From Oscillospiraceae bacterium (GTDB taxonomy: Bacteria > Bacillota > Clostridia > Oscillospirales > Ruminococcaceae): a DNA stretch of 64,000 bases. The translations under genes were made by a program, and so were the position numbers. The notes under the pieces are model-generated. The model had not been told where the DNA came from. It did no database searches and was given only the letters and a program-made list of their open reading frames with translations. Positions 1 to 9,649 of this stretch are shown here, in pieces. Positions within the stretch are counted from its first letter, which is position 1. Each line of letters starts with the position of its first letter. The stretch covers positions 6 through 64,005 of the forward strand of contig JAAVIF010000075.1 in the NCBI GenBank assembly GCA_014799365.1. Reading direction: 5' to 3'.

Positions 1-126
1 CACCTTAAGAATCCCTTCCTTATCCCCCCTCTGGTATGTAGTGCTGATTTGTTTGTTGGTTTCTCTTTGTAAAGTAGCCTGTTTTTGTTTAATTTAAAAG
101 GGACTGTGTTTTTTACAGCCCCTTTT
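1..126. repeat. Dispersed intergenic repeat, copy 1 (cut by window start), ending in a terminator-like hairpin
   Basis: Near-identical to 12112-12238 (caccttaagaatcccttccttatcccccctctg...aaaagggactgtg-T run-acagcccctttt), with a few substitutions. Confidence 0.9.
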
Positions 127-266
127 ATTATAAATACTTATCTGTATCTACATAGAGATATTTGCATATATACCTTTTAAAGATATGCCATTATCCTGTA
201 ATTATCATTTGCGGAATAGTTCATGGCTTTTTTAACAAGCAACCGATTCTACATTGAACAATTGGA

Positions 267-695
267 TCAGATATTTTTCAAATCATCGTCACTCAGCATA
301 GGTACGTTTTTTTCTGCGAAAACGGCTTCTGCCGCGTTTGTGTCCGCAACACGGAGAACAACGTAAGCACCTTTGTCCGTGCGGGCGGTGAAGGCATACA
401 GATAGTCGATATCTATATCATTTTCACCGAGAATATTAAGTATATCTGCAAGCGAGCCTGCCTTATCGTTCAGCCCTACCGCAATTACTTCGTTTACGGA
501 TGAAAGACAGTCCTCTGTCAATGCCTTTTTTGCCTCTTCAATATCCGAAACTATAAGACGAAGAATGCCGTAATCTTTAGTGTCCGCAATACTCATTGCG
601 CGAATATTGACATCGGAGCCGGAGATCGCGTTGACAATATCCTTAAGCTTTCCCTGTTTGTTTTCCACAAATACCGATAATTGTTTTACAGTCAT
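267..695 (-). CDS. ACT-domain protein (tandem ACT, PaaK-associated)
   Basis: KQLSVFVENKQGKL and NIRAMSIADT ACT motifs; directly downstream of paaK. Confidence 0.85.
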   Translation of the reverse strand: MTVKQLSVFVENKQGKLKDIVNAISGSDVNIRAMSIADTKDYGILRLIVSDIEEAKKALTEDCLSSVNEVIAVGLNDKAGSLADILNILGENDIDIDYLYAFTARTDKGAYVVLRVADTNAAEAVFAEKNVPMLSDDDLKNI

Positions 696-734
696 AATAT
701 AACCATCCTTTCATGTTTTCTGCAAAAAGATATG

Positions 735-2054
735 TTAATCAATCAGCTTTCTTTTGTCAATTACACGAACTGCTTTGCCCTCGCTGCGGACTATCGACTT
801 AGGCGCAACCAGATGCACCTTGGAACCGATCCCGAGCATGGTACGCATTTCGTGTTCAAGCTTCTTTTCCATTTCCTGAATTATGCTTAATTTATCGGAG
901 AACTGTTCCGGGTTAAGCTCAACGTTGATGTCGAGAGTATCTGTATTATTAACCCTGTCAACGATTATCTGATAATTCGGAGTGTAGCCGGTTTTCAGCA
1001 GTACCGCTTCGATCTGACTCGGGAATACGTTTACTCCTCTGATTATCATCATATCGTCGCTTCTGCCCATTGGCTTGCTCATTTTCACATGAGTTCTGCC
1101 GCATGAACATTTATTGCGTGTAAGTACGCATATGTCGCGGGTACGGTAGCGGAGCAGAGGGAACGCTTCCTTGTCGAGGGATGTAAATACAAGCTCGCCC
1201 TTTTCTCCTTCGGGGAGCGTTTCGCCTGTGTCCGGGTCGATAATTTCCGCATAGAAATGGTCTTCATTGATGTGCATTCCCGTCTGCTCGGAGCATTCAA
1301 AGGATACGCCGGGGCCGCTTGTTTCAGTAAGTCCGTAAATATCATAAGCCTTTATGCCAAGACTTTTTTCAATACTGCGGCGCATTTCCTCTGTCCAGGG
1401 TTCGGCACCGAAAATACCTGCCTTAAGCTTGTTGTCCTCGGGCTTGTATCCCATTTCCGCAAGCGTTTCACCGATATATGCGGCATAAGACGGCGTACAG
1501 CAAAGAATGGTAGAGCCGAGATCCATCATAAATTGGATCTGACGTTCCGTGTTGCCCGACGACATAGGAAGGGTAAGACAGCCTACCTTGTGAGAGCCGC
1601 CGTTAAGTCCCGGACCGCCGGTGAAAAGCCCGTATCCGTAGCACACATGGCAAACGTCTTCGTTAGTTCCGCCTGCCGCAACGATGGCGCGTGCGCAGCA
1701 TTCCTCCCACATATCAATATCTGCCTGAGTATAAAATGCAACGACCCGTCTTCCCGTTGTACCCGAGGTCGACTGGATACGCACACAATTTTTCAAGTCA
1801 GTGCCGAGAAGTCCGTAGGGATATGCTTCACGCAGATCGTCCTTTGAGAGGAAGGGAAGCTTTTTAATATCGTCAACCGATTTGATGTCGTCGGGGGTAA
1901 CGCCCTTTTTGTCCATAAGGTCACGGTAGTATTTAACATTTTCATAAACGTGGCGTACCTGTTTTACAATTTTTTCATTTTGAATTTCGAGAATTTTCTC
2001 TCTTGATGCTGTTTCGATCTCGGGCTGATAAAAATTTGGCATATTTGTGACCAT
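735..2054 (-). CDS. paaK: Phenylacetate-CoA ligase family protein
   Basis: STSGTTG P-loop, YGYGLFTGG, DIYGLTE and RYRTRD motifs. Confidence 0.9.
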   Translation of the reverse strand: MVTNMPNFYQPEIETASREKILEIQNEKIVKQVRHVYENVKYYRDLMDKKGVTPDDIKSVDDIKKLPFLSKDDLREAYPYGLLGTDLKNCVRIQSTSGTTGRRVVAFYTQADIDMWEECCARAIVAAGGTNEDVCHVCYGYGLFTGGPGLNGGSHKVGCLTLPMSSGNTERQIQFMMDLGSTILCCTPSYAAYIGETLAEMGYKPEDNKLKAGIFGAEPWTEEMRRSIEKSLGIKAYDIYGLTETSGPGVSFECSEQTGMHINEDHFYAEIIDPDTGETLPEGEKGELVFTSLDKEAFPLLRYRTRDICVLTRNKCSCGRTHVKMSKPMGRSDDMMIIRGVNVFPSQIEAVLLKTGYTPNYQIIVDRVNNTDTLDINVELNPEQFSDKLSIIQEMEKKLEHEMRTMLGIGSKVHLVAPKSIVRSEGKAVRVIDKRKLID

Positions 2055-2079
2055 TCCTTTCCTTTTTCTTTTTCATAAG

Positions 2080-2652
2080 TTATGAGTTATAACCAAGCTC
2101 GAAGGCTTTTTTGTTGATTTCTATAAACTGCGGTTTAACAAGCTGCTCGATCGCCGAAAGCCATTTTGATTTATCTATATCAAAATATTTTGCCAGTCTG
2201 CCCATAAGTACGATATTAACCGCTTTTACGCTTCCGGCTTCGGAGGCTAAGTCAAGCGCGTTTATCTCATCAACAAATACGCCCTTGCTGCGAAGCTCGT
2301 CAAGTATACCGTCAGGATATACCGCATCGCCGATTATGACAGGCATAGGAGCTATTTCCTGGCAGTTTACAATTATTTTTCCGTCTTTTTTCAGGCAGCC
2401 GATATACCTTGCCGCTTCGATTTTTTCAAATGAAATAATGTAGTCCGCTTCACCCTGAGAAATAACGGGGGAGTAGACCTTGTCGCCAAAACGAACATAG
2501 GTTACTACCGAGCCGCCTCTCTGGCTCATTCCGTGAACCTCGCTCACCTTGACATCGTATCCTTCATCTAAAAGCAAAGTGCCGAGAAGGCGGCTTGCAA
2601 GCAGGCTTCCCTGTCCGCCTACTCCAACTATCATAATATTTTTAGTCTGCAT
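2080..2652 (-). CDS. iorB: Indolepyruvate:ferredoxin oxidoreductase beta subunit
   Basis: GVGGQG and SEVHGMSQRGGSV motifs; adjacent to iorA. Confidence 0.9.
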   Translation of the reverse strand: MQTKNIMIVGVGGQGSLLASRLLGTLLLDEGYDVKVSEVHGMSQRGGSVVTYVRFGDKVYSPVISQGEADYIISFEKIEAARYIGCLKKDGKIIVNCQEIAPMPVIIGDAVYPDGILDELRSKGVFVDEINALDLASEAGSVKAVNIVLMGRLAKYFDIDKSKWLSAIEQLVKPQFIEINKKAFELGYNS

Positions 2653-2668
2653 GTTATATTCCCCCTTC

Positions 2669-4396
2669 TCAGTCTTTTATTGCACCCGGCTTGCAAAGCT
2701 GTTGGCATACGCCGCAGCCCACGCACTGTGAATTGTCAATATGCGCATGGCCGTTTACTATACTGATAGCGGGACAGCCAAGCTTCATACACGCCTTACA
2801 GCCGACGCAGCGGTTTTCGTCCACAGAAAGAGACGGTTTGGCCTTAACGTATTTAAGCAGCATGCAGGGTCTGCGTGAAATTATTACCGACGGTTCGCTG
2901 ACAGCCAATTCCTCAAGTATAGCTTCCTCGCACTCTTTAATGTTGTACGGGTCTACCGCCTTTACACGCTTTATTCCTATTGCCCTGCAAAGCTCCTCAA
3001 GATTTACGGCAGCGGCGGGATCGCCTTTTATGTTGTAGCCGGTTGTAGGATTCTGCTGGTGACCCGTCATGCCGGTAATAGAGTTATCAAGTATTATGAC
3101 CGTTGAATTTGAGCCGTTGTAAGCAATATCGACAAGTCCCGTCATACCCGAATGCATGAATGTGGAATCACCGATAACGCAAACGGTTTTCTTCTCGCTT
3201 TCACTGCCGCCTGCCTTGTTAAAACCGTGAAGCCCCGAAACGGACGCGCCCATGCAAAGGGTAGAATCCAGAGCAAACAGCGGAGCGGAACCGCCCAGCG
3301 TGTAGCAGCCTATATCACCAAGAGTAGTTATCTTATGCTTGGAAAGCACATAGTAAAGACCTCTGTGAGGACAGCCGGCACACATTACCGGCGGACGAAC
3401 AGGAACAGGCGTGTCTATATATACGGATTCGGGTACCGGCATACCGAATGCTTTTCTGATAACGGTCTGGTTAAATTCGCCGACAGCGGGGAAGAGCTCC
3501 TTGCCCGTGCAGTCAATACCAAGCTGTTTGATATGACCTTCAATGATTCCGTCCAGCTCCTCAATAACATAAAGCTTCTTGACGCTTGCGGCAAAATCAC
3601 GGAAAAGCTTTTCGGGGAGCGGATTCACCATGCCCAGCTTAAGAACCGAGGCGGTATTTCCGAATACCTCCTTAACGTACTGATAGCAGTTTCCGGCGCA
3701 TACAATACCTATTTCACCGTCACCTTGTTCTATGCGGTTGATAGGGGTACTTTCGGCAAAACAGGAAAGCTTTTTAAGACGTTCTTCAACAAACGGATGA
3801 CGCTTCATTGCATTTGCGGGTGCCATTATGTATTTTTGCGGCTGCTTTGTGTATTCGGGGAGTTCTTTTTCTTCCCTGTCGCAAAGCTCTACGGTGCTTT
3901 GCGAGTGAGCGATACGGGTGCATGTTCTGATGATGACCGGCGTATCGTACTCCTCCGAAATGCGGTAAGCTTCCTTTACAAAATCCTTTGCCTCAGCGGA
4001 ATCGGCCGGTTCAAGCATTGGCACCTTTGAAGCTATGGCGTAATGCCTTGAATCCTGTTCATTCTGTGACGAGTGCATTGCCGGGTCGTCGGCGACAAAT
4101 ATTACCATACCGCCGTTTACGCCGGTATATGACAAGGTAAACAACGGATCGGCAGCAACGTTTAAGCCTACATGCTTCATTGCGCAAGCGGATCTTACGC
4201 CTCTTAATGACGCGCCAAAGGCTACCTCGGCCGCGACCTTTTCATTAGGTGCCCATTCGCAGTATATTTCTTCATACTTTGCGGCAAACTCCGTTATCTC
4301 CGTTGACGGAGTACCGGGATAGCTTGATACCACCTTTGCGCCCGCCTCGAAAAGTCCTCGGGCAATAGCCTCGTTTCCTAACATGTTTTTTTTCAT
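2669..4396 (-). CDS. iorA: Indolepyruvate:ferredoxin oxidoreductase alpha subunit
   Basis: YPGTPSTE, CAGCPH, GDIGCY, GDSTF TPP motif, C-terminal 2x[4Fe-4S] ferredoxin domain. Confidence 0.92.
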   Translation of the reverse strand: MKKNMLGNEAIARGLFEAGAKVVSSYPGTPSTEITEFAAKYEEIYCEWAPNEKVAAEVAFGASLRGVRSACAMKHVGLNVAADPLFTLSYTGVNGGMVIFVADDPAMHSSQNEQDSRHYAIASKVPMLEPADSAEAKDFVKEAYRISEEYDTPVIIRTCTRIAHSQSTVELCDREEKELPEYTKQPQKYIMAPANAMKRHPFVEERLKKLSCFAESTPINRIEQGDGEIGIVCAGNCYQYVKEVFGNTASVLKLGMVNPLPEKLFRDFAASVKKLYVIEELDGIIEGHIKQLGIDCTGKELFPAVGEFNQTVIRKAFGMPVPESVYIDTPVPVRPPVMCAGCPHRGLYYVLSKHKITTLGDIGCYTLGGSAPLFALDSTLCMGASVSGLHGFNKAGGSESEKKTVCVIGDSTFMHSGMTGLVDIAYNGSNSTVIILDNSITGMTGHQQNPTTGYNIKGDPAAAVNLEELCRAIGIKRVKAVDPYNIKECEEAILEELAVSEPSVIISRRPCMLLKYVKAKPSLSVDENRCVGCKACMKLGCPAISIVNGHAHIDNSQCVGCGVCQQLCKPGAIKD

Positions 4397-4439
4397 ATAT
4401 TATCCGATTCCTTTCTTTAAATTTAGAGGTTCCTTTTAA

Positions 4440-5054
4440 TTAGTCCCCAAGACTGTCGGTAATTTCAATTGAGTCCTCATTTTTTATAGCATAAAACTTG
4501 CCCACCATCTGCGGAAGTCCCCATGTGCCAAGAGATGTAAGCATAACCACAAACAGCAGGAACAACGGGTTGGGACCGAGGAATGAGGAATAAGCACCTG
4601 CCCAGCCCGCGTCTCCCGATTCGGCGGCAAGACTCTTTGTCGCATCCAAAAGACCGCCTTTGTCATTAAGTACGGCTCCTATTACCAGAATAATGCCCAC
4701 CAGCATGATCATGCCCTGAATAAAATCGTTTATTGCCGTCGCCATATATCCGCCGATAATAACATAAATACCGGTAAGCACTGACATTATGATAACGCAT
4801 ACCGAATAATCCAGACCGTTAAACGCCATTCCGAAAAGTCTCGACAAGCCGTTGAAAAGAGAAGCGGTATATGGAATGAGAAATATGAATGTTATTACCG
4901 AGGCGGCGACCTTAAGCGATTTTGATTCAAAACGCGAGCCGAAAAAATCAGGCATCGTTTTGCTTGACAAGTGCTGCGTCATAATACGGGTACGTCTGCC
5001 GAGAACGCTCCATGCCAAAAGAGAGCCGATAAACGCGTTTCCCAGACCTATCCA
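4440..5054 (-). pseudogene. Internal fragment of a sodium:solute symporter (PutP-like)
   Basis: WIGLGN...TMPDFFGSRF...GGYMATAINDFIQG...GTWGLPQMVGKFYAIK is only the central ~200 aa of a typically 450-550 aa SSS protein; both ends are missing. Confidence 0.75.
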
Positions 5055-5093
5055 GGTTTATGGATTTTTCCATAGTTTAAAAAGGGGTTGGTA

Positions 5094-6728
5094 TTAACGC
5101 TTATTCTGTTCTTCTACCAATCGGTCGGCACCGTACAGCTTTCTGAGGTACGGCTTTTCGATTTTTCCCGTTGCGTTTCTCGGAACATCCGCAAAAATTA
5201 TTTTTCTTGGCCGTTTGTATCTTGGCATAGCCTTGCAGAATTCGTTGATTTCTTCTTCGGTACACTGGACACCGTCTTTTATTTTAATGATTGCGGCAGC
5301 AATCTCGCCCAGACGGTCGTCGGCAAGACCGATGACCGCAGCGTCGGAAACCTTGGAGAATCCGCGGATAAAGTCCTCTATCTGTACGGGATAAAGGTTT
5401 TCACCGCCGGAAATAATTACGTCCTTTTTACGGTCCACAAGGTAGATAAAGCCGTCTTTGTCACGCATCGCCATATCTCCTGTATAAAGCCAGCCGTCCT
5501 TAATAGCACTTTCCGTTGCCCGGGCATCGCGGTAGTAGCATACCATTACGCCGTCGCCCTTAAGGCAAAGCTCGCCGACGTTTTCGCCTTCCACCTCAGC
5601 ATCATTTTCATCAACGATCTTAACATTCCAGCCGTAGCCCGGAATACCGATCGCTCCTACCTTATGTACATTTTCAACGCCCAAATGGACCGCGCCGGGT
5701 CCTATTGATTCCGAAAGGCCATAGTTGGTATCGTACTGCTGATTCGGGAAATAATCCAGCCAGTGCTTTACAAGACTTTTGGGGACAGGCTGTGCGCCGA
5801 TGTGCATGAGCCGCCATTGGGAGGTCTCGTAGTCCGACAGCTTGATTTCGCCCGAATCCAATGCGTTGAGGATATCCTGCGCCCAAGGCACAAGCAGCCA
5901 GACTATCGAGCATTTTTCTTTTGAAACCGTCTCAAGAATCGCTTCGGGCCGTGTACCTTTAAGCAATACCGCCTTTGAACCGCTTAAAAGCGAGCCGAAC
6001 CAGTGCATTTTTGCTCCCGTATGATAGAGCGGGGGAATACAGAGGAATACGTCGTCACGGGACTGAGAATGGTGATTCCGCTCAACACGGCAGGAATGTA
6101 TAAGCGCACGGTGACTATGCAGGATAGCTTTGGGAAAACCGGTGGTTCCGGAAGAAAAGTATATTGCGGCATAATCGTCTTCCGTAATCGGGATCTCCGG
6201 GTCGGTACTCGGACTGTCGGAGGTAATGTGATGATAATTTTCCGCAAACGAGGGACATCCGTCGTCAACATAAATAAGCAGTCTGTTTTTGCTGATCTCG
6301 TCCGCTATTTCTTCAACACGTCCGATAAATTCGGCACCGAAAATCAGCAGATTTACCTCCGCAAGATCAAGGCAATACTTTATTTCATCAGAAGAGTATC
6401 GGAAATTAAGAGGTACCGCAAGGGCCCCGGTTTTGAGGATACCGAAATAAATAGGAAGCCATTCAAGGCAATTCATAAGAAGTATTGCCACCTTGTCGCC
6501 CTTTTTTATTCCGCAGTTGATCAAAGCATTGGCTGCACGGTTTGCTTTTTCGTTGAATACGCTCCAGCTTATTTCTCTGCGGTAGCTTGTACGTTCGGTA
6601 GACTGTACAAGATCGTATTCACGCCATGTGAATCTGCGTCCGTCATTAAGCTCGGGATTGATTTCGACCAAGGCCGTGTCATTTCCGTACTTTTCGCTGT
6701 TTTGTTTCAGTAAGTCAATAATGGTCAT
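5094..6728 (-). CDS. AMP-binding acyl-CoA synthetase
   Basis: FSSGTTGFPK, YGLSE, TGD, DRKKDVIISGGEN and GKIEK adenylation motifs. Confidence 0.9.
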   Translation of the reverse strand: MTIIDLLKQNSEKYGNDTALVEINPELNDGRRFTWREYDLVQSTERTSYRREISWSVFNEKANRAANALINCGIKKGDKVAILLMNCLEWLPIYFGILKTGALAVPLNFRYSSDEIKYCLDLAEVNLLIFGAEFIGRVEEIADEISKNRLLIYVDDGCPSFAENYHHITSDSPSTDPEIPITEDDYAAIYFSSGTTGFPKAILHSHRALIHSCRVERNHHSQSRDDVFLCIPPLYHTGAKMHWFGSLLSGSKAVLLKGTRPEAILETVSKEKCSIVWLLVPWAQDILNALDSGEIKLSDYETSQWRLMHIGAQPVPKSLVKHWLDYFPNQQYDTNYGLSESIGPGAVHLGVENVHKVGAIGIPGYGWNVKIVDENDAEVEGENVGELCLKGDGVMVCYYRDARATESAIKDGWLYTGDMAMRDKDGFIYLVDRKKDVIISGGENLYPVQIEDFIRGFSKVSDAAVIGLADDRLGEIAAAIIKIKDGVQCTEEEINEFCKAMPRYKRPRKIIFADVPRNATGKIEKPYLRKLYGADRLVEEQNKR

Positions 6729-7127
6729 AATAATTTTCCTTGAAATGTTTTTATTTTATGCTATAATATTCCATAAATATAGGAATATAGGCAGCACTGC
6801 ATAAAGATTGTGCGACAGATGCGAAGTCAGAATTTTCATCGGATTGTACAGAGAATTTACAAGCATATCGGCGTATGTCAGGAATTCTGTGCAATAATGA
6901 CTTTGAAAAACCTTCGGTTTCCCGAAAATTCTGCAAGCATATGACGTACAAAGCCGTTGGACGGTCTTTGTGTGGTGTTGCCTATAAAGTACTGTTCACA
7001 TAGGAAGCTACGCGCTCCCTTTTGGCAGATCTTGAAGCTGTCCAAACAGCAATACTGCGCAGTCCTTGTGTGCTATTGCTGTAAATTACTTTCAAAACAG
7101 ATTATTGAAGATTGCCCGATATATAAC

Positions 7128-7156
7128 ATTATATCAATTTTTATTTCGTTTGTCAA
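7128..7156 (-). promoter_or_regulatory. Consensus sigma-A promoter for the acyl-CoA ligase/ior/paaK operon, implying a ~390-nt leader
   Basis: TTGACA-17 bp-TATAAT on the minus strand. Confidence 0.65.
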
Positions 7157-7224
7157 TGGCTATTATAGGCAGACCCGTCAAACCATACACATGAGTAACA
7201 AAATAAAATAGGTCAGAAAAATAT

Positions 7225-7252
7225 GCCCCTTGAAGCTGTCGTTTCAAGGGGC
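7225..7252. terminator. Terminator-like hairpin downstream of the membrane-protein genes
   Basis: gccccttgaa...ttcaaggggc inverted repeat. Confidence 0.5.
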
Positions 7253-7311
7253 CGTTGATTGATCGGAAGGGCGAGCCGCTGCGGCATATTATGATAATTC
7301 CGCTTTAACCG

Positions 7312-8088
7312 CTATCTTCCGTTATCCTTTTTGCTTTTTTGATCGTCCTGTGCTTTATGTCGCTTTTCTAATGCTTCTCGCAATTCGATAAGCAAATCAT
7401 TGTACCGGTGCAGCTTTAGTTTCGGGAAAGCCAGAATAATACGCTTCTGCTGACAACTAAGGAGGTCGGCAAGACTGCTTTTACGCCGCTGCAAAGCATT
7501 GTGAATCGCTGAGCTACGCAATTTTTCCGCAGTGGAATGCCTCTTTTCTTCCAGAAGTGAAGCGATATATTCTATTTTCTTTTGGAAATTAGACAACGCA
7601 AGAACCGTTGAAATGCAGTCGAACAGCAGTGCCAAACACAAAACAACTGCCATTATATACCGGATAATCAATGGTATCTTGTCGGTCAATTTGCATACTG
7701 CCGGGTGAACAAGCAAAACAAGCAGTACGGAAAATGCTCCAAAAACGATCGCTCCGAGCAGGCATACTCTGCCGTTAATATTCAGCGGTCGGTTAGAATA
7801 GTCCCACCATCTTGCATGAAACAGTTTTTCCATGACATAGGAAGTAAGATATTCCAAAGCACAAGTAACAACGGCACTCACCAAAAACAAAATCAAAGGA
7901 TTTGTAATCCGACCCAAAAGAGTAATCACAAGCAATGCGCCGCTCCCGTAAATTGGGCAGTAGGGGCCGTTTAAAAAACCTCTGTTAATAAATTTTCGCT
8001 GCATAACGGAACACAATATCGTTTCATAGAACCAGCCTAAAATGCTATAGCTTATAAACCACAAAAAATATGTTACAGCTAAGTTCAT
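7312..8088 (-). CDS. Membrane protein, putative ABC-transporter permease (CmpB/TmpB-like) family
   Basis: YSILGWFYE, NRGFLNGPYCPIYG and WWDYS motifs; start re-called at MNLAV. Confidence 0.75.
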   Translation of the reverse strand: MNLAVTYFLWFISYSILGWFYETILCSVMQRKFINRGFLNGPYCPIYGSGALLVITLLGRITNPLILFLVSAVVTCALEYLTSYVMEKLFHARWWDYSNRPLNINGRVCLLGAIVFGAFSVLLVLLVHPAVCKLTDKIPLIIRYIMAVVLCLALLFDCISTVLALSNFQKKIEYIASLLEEKRHSTAEKLRSSAIHNALQRRKSSLADLLSCQQKRIILAFPKLKLHRYNDLLIELREALEKRHKAQDDQKSKKDNGR

Positions 8089-8116
8089 ACCGTTTCCCCA
8101 TATCAGCGTAAAAATT

Positions 8117-8734
8117 TTAATATAATAGTTTTTTGAGGCCGGATACAAGCCGACATCTTTTTTCCCATTTGATGTTAAGACTCCGCTTACGATACATAAC
8201 TGCAAAGGAATAGATAAAGTCGGCAGTTATAAGGAGCATAAGCACACTTCCGATCACTTTTACAGTTATATCCGACATATTATGTATTTGATTCATAATA
8301 TTGTCAAAGAAGTATCCCATAAACAGCGTAATTATCAATCCGAAGCCCATTGATGTGGGTACTGACGTATATTTGGTTATATGGAGCGGTAATCTTGAAT
8401 AATTCCAATATTCAAATCCGAATATGCGCTCAACAAATGTTCCGAGCAGCATCTCTCCCACACTTACCAGTATTACCGATACAAAAAAGTAAAAAATGAA
8501 GCCGCCCCGTCTGCTGAAATATACGCCAAACCATTCTGTTATTTTTAAATTTGCCGGCGTGCCGATCAATGTATAAAATCCTATGATCACAAGCCCATAT
8601 CCGAATAAAAACGGAAGGTTCATATTTCTGTTGTCAATATAGCCCTTCGTTGCCGCCAACCAAATATTTTCCAAAACAAAACCGAGAAACGACACAAATA
8701 TGATCATCATATTCAGTTCAAAAAAATTTAACAT
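8117..8734 (-). CDS. Membrane protein, same CmpB/TmpB-like family
   Basis: SFLGFVLE, LPFLFGYG and YWNYS motifs; several hydrophobic segments. Confidence 0.7.
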   Translation of the reverse strand: MLNFFELNMMIIFVSFLGFVLENIWLAATKGYIDNRNMNLPFLFGYGLVIIGFYTLIGTPANLKITEWFGVYFSRRGGFIFYFFVSVILVSVGEMLLGTFVERIFGFEYWNYSRLPLHITKYTSVPTSMGFGLIITLFMGYFFDNIMNQIHNMSDITVKVIGSVLMLLITADFIYSFAVMYRKRSLNIKWEKRCRLVSGLKKLLY

Positions 8735-8795
8735 TTTTTATTCACCGCCTTTTGCCATGTTAAGGATTATCGTTACTTTATATATTACATCACCG

Positions 8796-8859
8796 AAATC
8801 AATCTATCCTCAACTGAACCTCAACAATTGTTGAACTTCAGTTGAGGATAGATTGATTT
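8796..8859. promoter_or_regulatory. 64-bp near-perfect palindrome containing CCTCAAC direct repeats (candidate response-regulator site)
   Basis: 23-bp arms aaatcaatctatcctcaactgaa / ttcagttgaggatagattgattt around the palindrome tcaacaattgttga. Confidence 0.6.
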
Positions 8860-8920
8860 TTTTGTATATTATGGTATTGTAGAATTGTATGCGAAACAAA
8901 TCGAGATACTCGGATAAATC

Positions 8921-8949
8921 TTGACAGTCAATTGAAAAAGAAGTATAAT
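8921..8949 (+). promoter_or_regulatory. Sigma-A promoter of the two-component operon
   Basis: TTGACA-17 bp-TATAAT; GGAGG RBS before ATG 8978. Confidence 0.75.
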
Positions 8950-8977
8950 TAAAGCCACGGAAACGGAGGTTTAAGCG

Positions 8978-9649
8978 ATGCACAAAATTCTGATAGCGGA
9001 AGACAACTGCGAGCTGCGGCAGCTCTTCTCTCATGTTCTCATCAAGAACGGTTATACGGTAAAGGGAGTTTCCAACGGCAAGGAAGCGTTGGACGATATG
9101 GACAACTGCTACTATGACCTGATAATATCAGATATTATGATGCCCGTTATGGACGGCTACGAATTTGTACGGCAGCTTCGCAGCACCGGAAACAGTATAC
9201 CCGTACTGATGATCACCGCAAAGGACGCTTTTGATGATATGCGTGTAGGATTTCTTTCGGGAACCGATGATTATATGGTAAAGCCCGTAAACGTCAACGA
9301 AATGGTGCTGCGGGTCGGTGCGCTTCTTCGCCGCGCGCAGATGATAAACGACCGTCGGCAGGTGATCGGCAATACCGTTCTGGACTGTGATTCGCTGACC
9401 GTCTCCTCGTCCGGCGAGTCCTTTATACTTCCGCAAAAGGAATTTATGCTGCTGTATAAGATGCTTTCATATCCCGGGCGGATATTTACCCGTCAGCAGC
9501 TGATGGACGAGATATGGGGCTACGGCTCGGACAGCGACACGCACACTATCGAAGTGCATATTGGCAGGCTTAGAGAACGCTTTCGGAATAATAAGGATTT
9601 CGAGATCGTCACAATGCGCGGGGTCGGATATAAGGCGGTGAAGAAGTGA
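8978..9649 (+). CDS. OmpR-family response regulator
   Basis: AED, SDIMMPVMDG, KP receiver motifs and C-terminal winged helix (TMRGVGY). Confidence 0.92.
   Translation: MHKILIAEDNCELRQLFSHVLIKNGYTVKGVSNGKEALDDMDNCYYDLIISDIMMPVMDGYEFVRQLRSTGNSIPVLMITAKDAFDDMRVGFLSGTDDYMVKPVNVNEMVLRVGALLRRAQMINDRRQVIGNTVLDCDSLTVSSSGESFILPQKEFMLLYKMLSYPGRIFTRQQLMDEIWGYGSDSDTHTIEVHIGRLRERFRNNKDFEIVTMRGVGYKAVKK

Noticed and set aside
3152-6713. Long antisense ORFs (3152-4030, 5088-5708, 6003-6713)
   Set aside because: Shadow frames of well-supported minus-strand enzymes.
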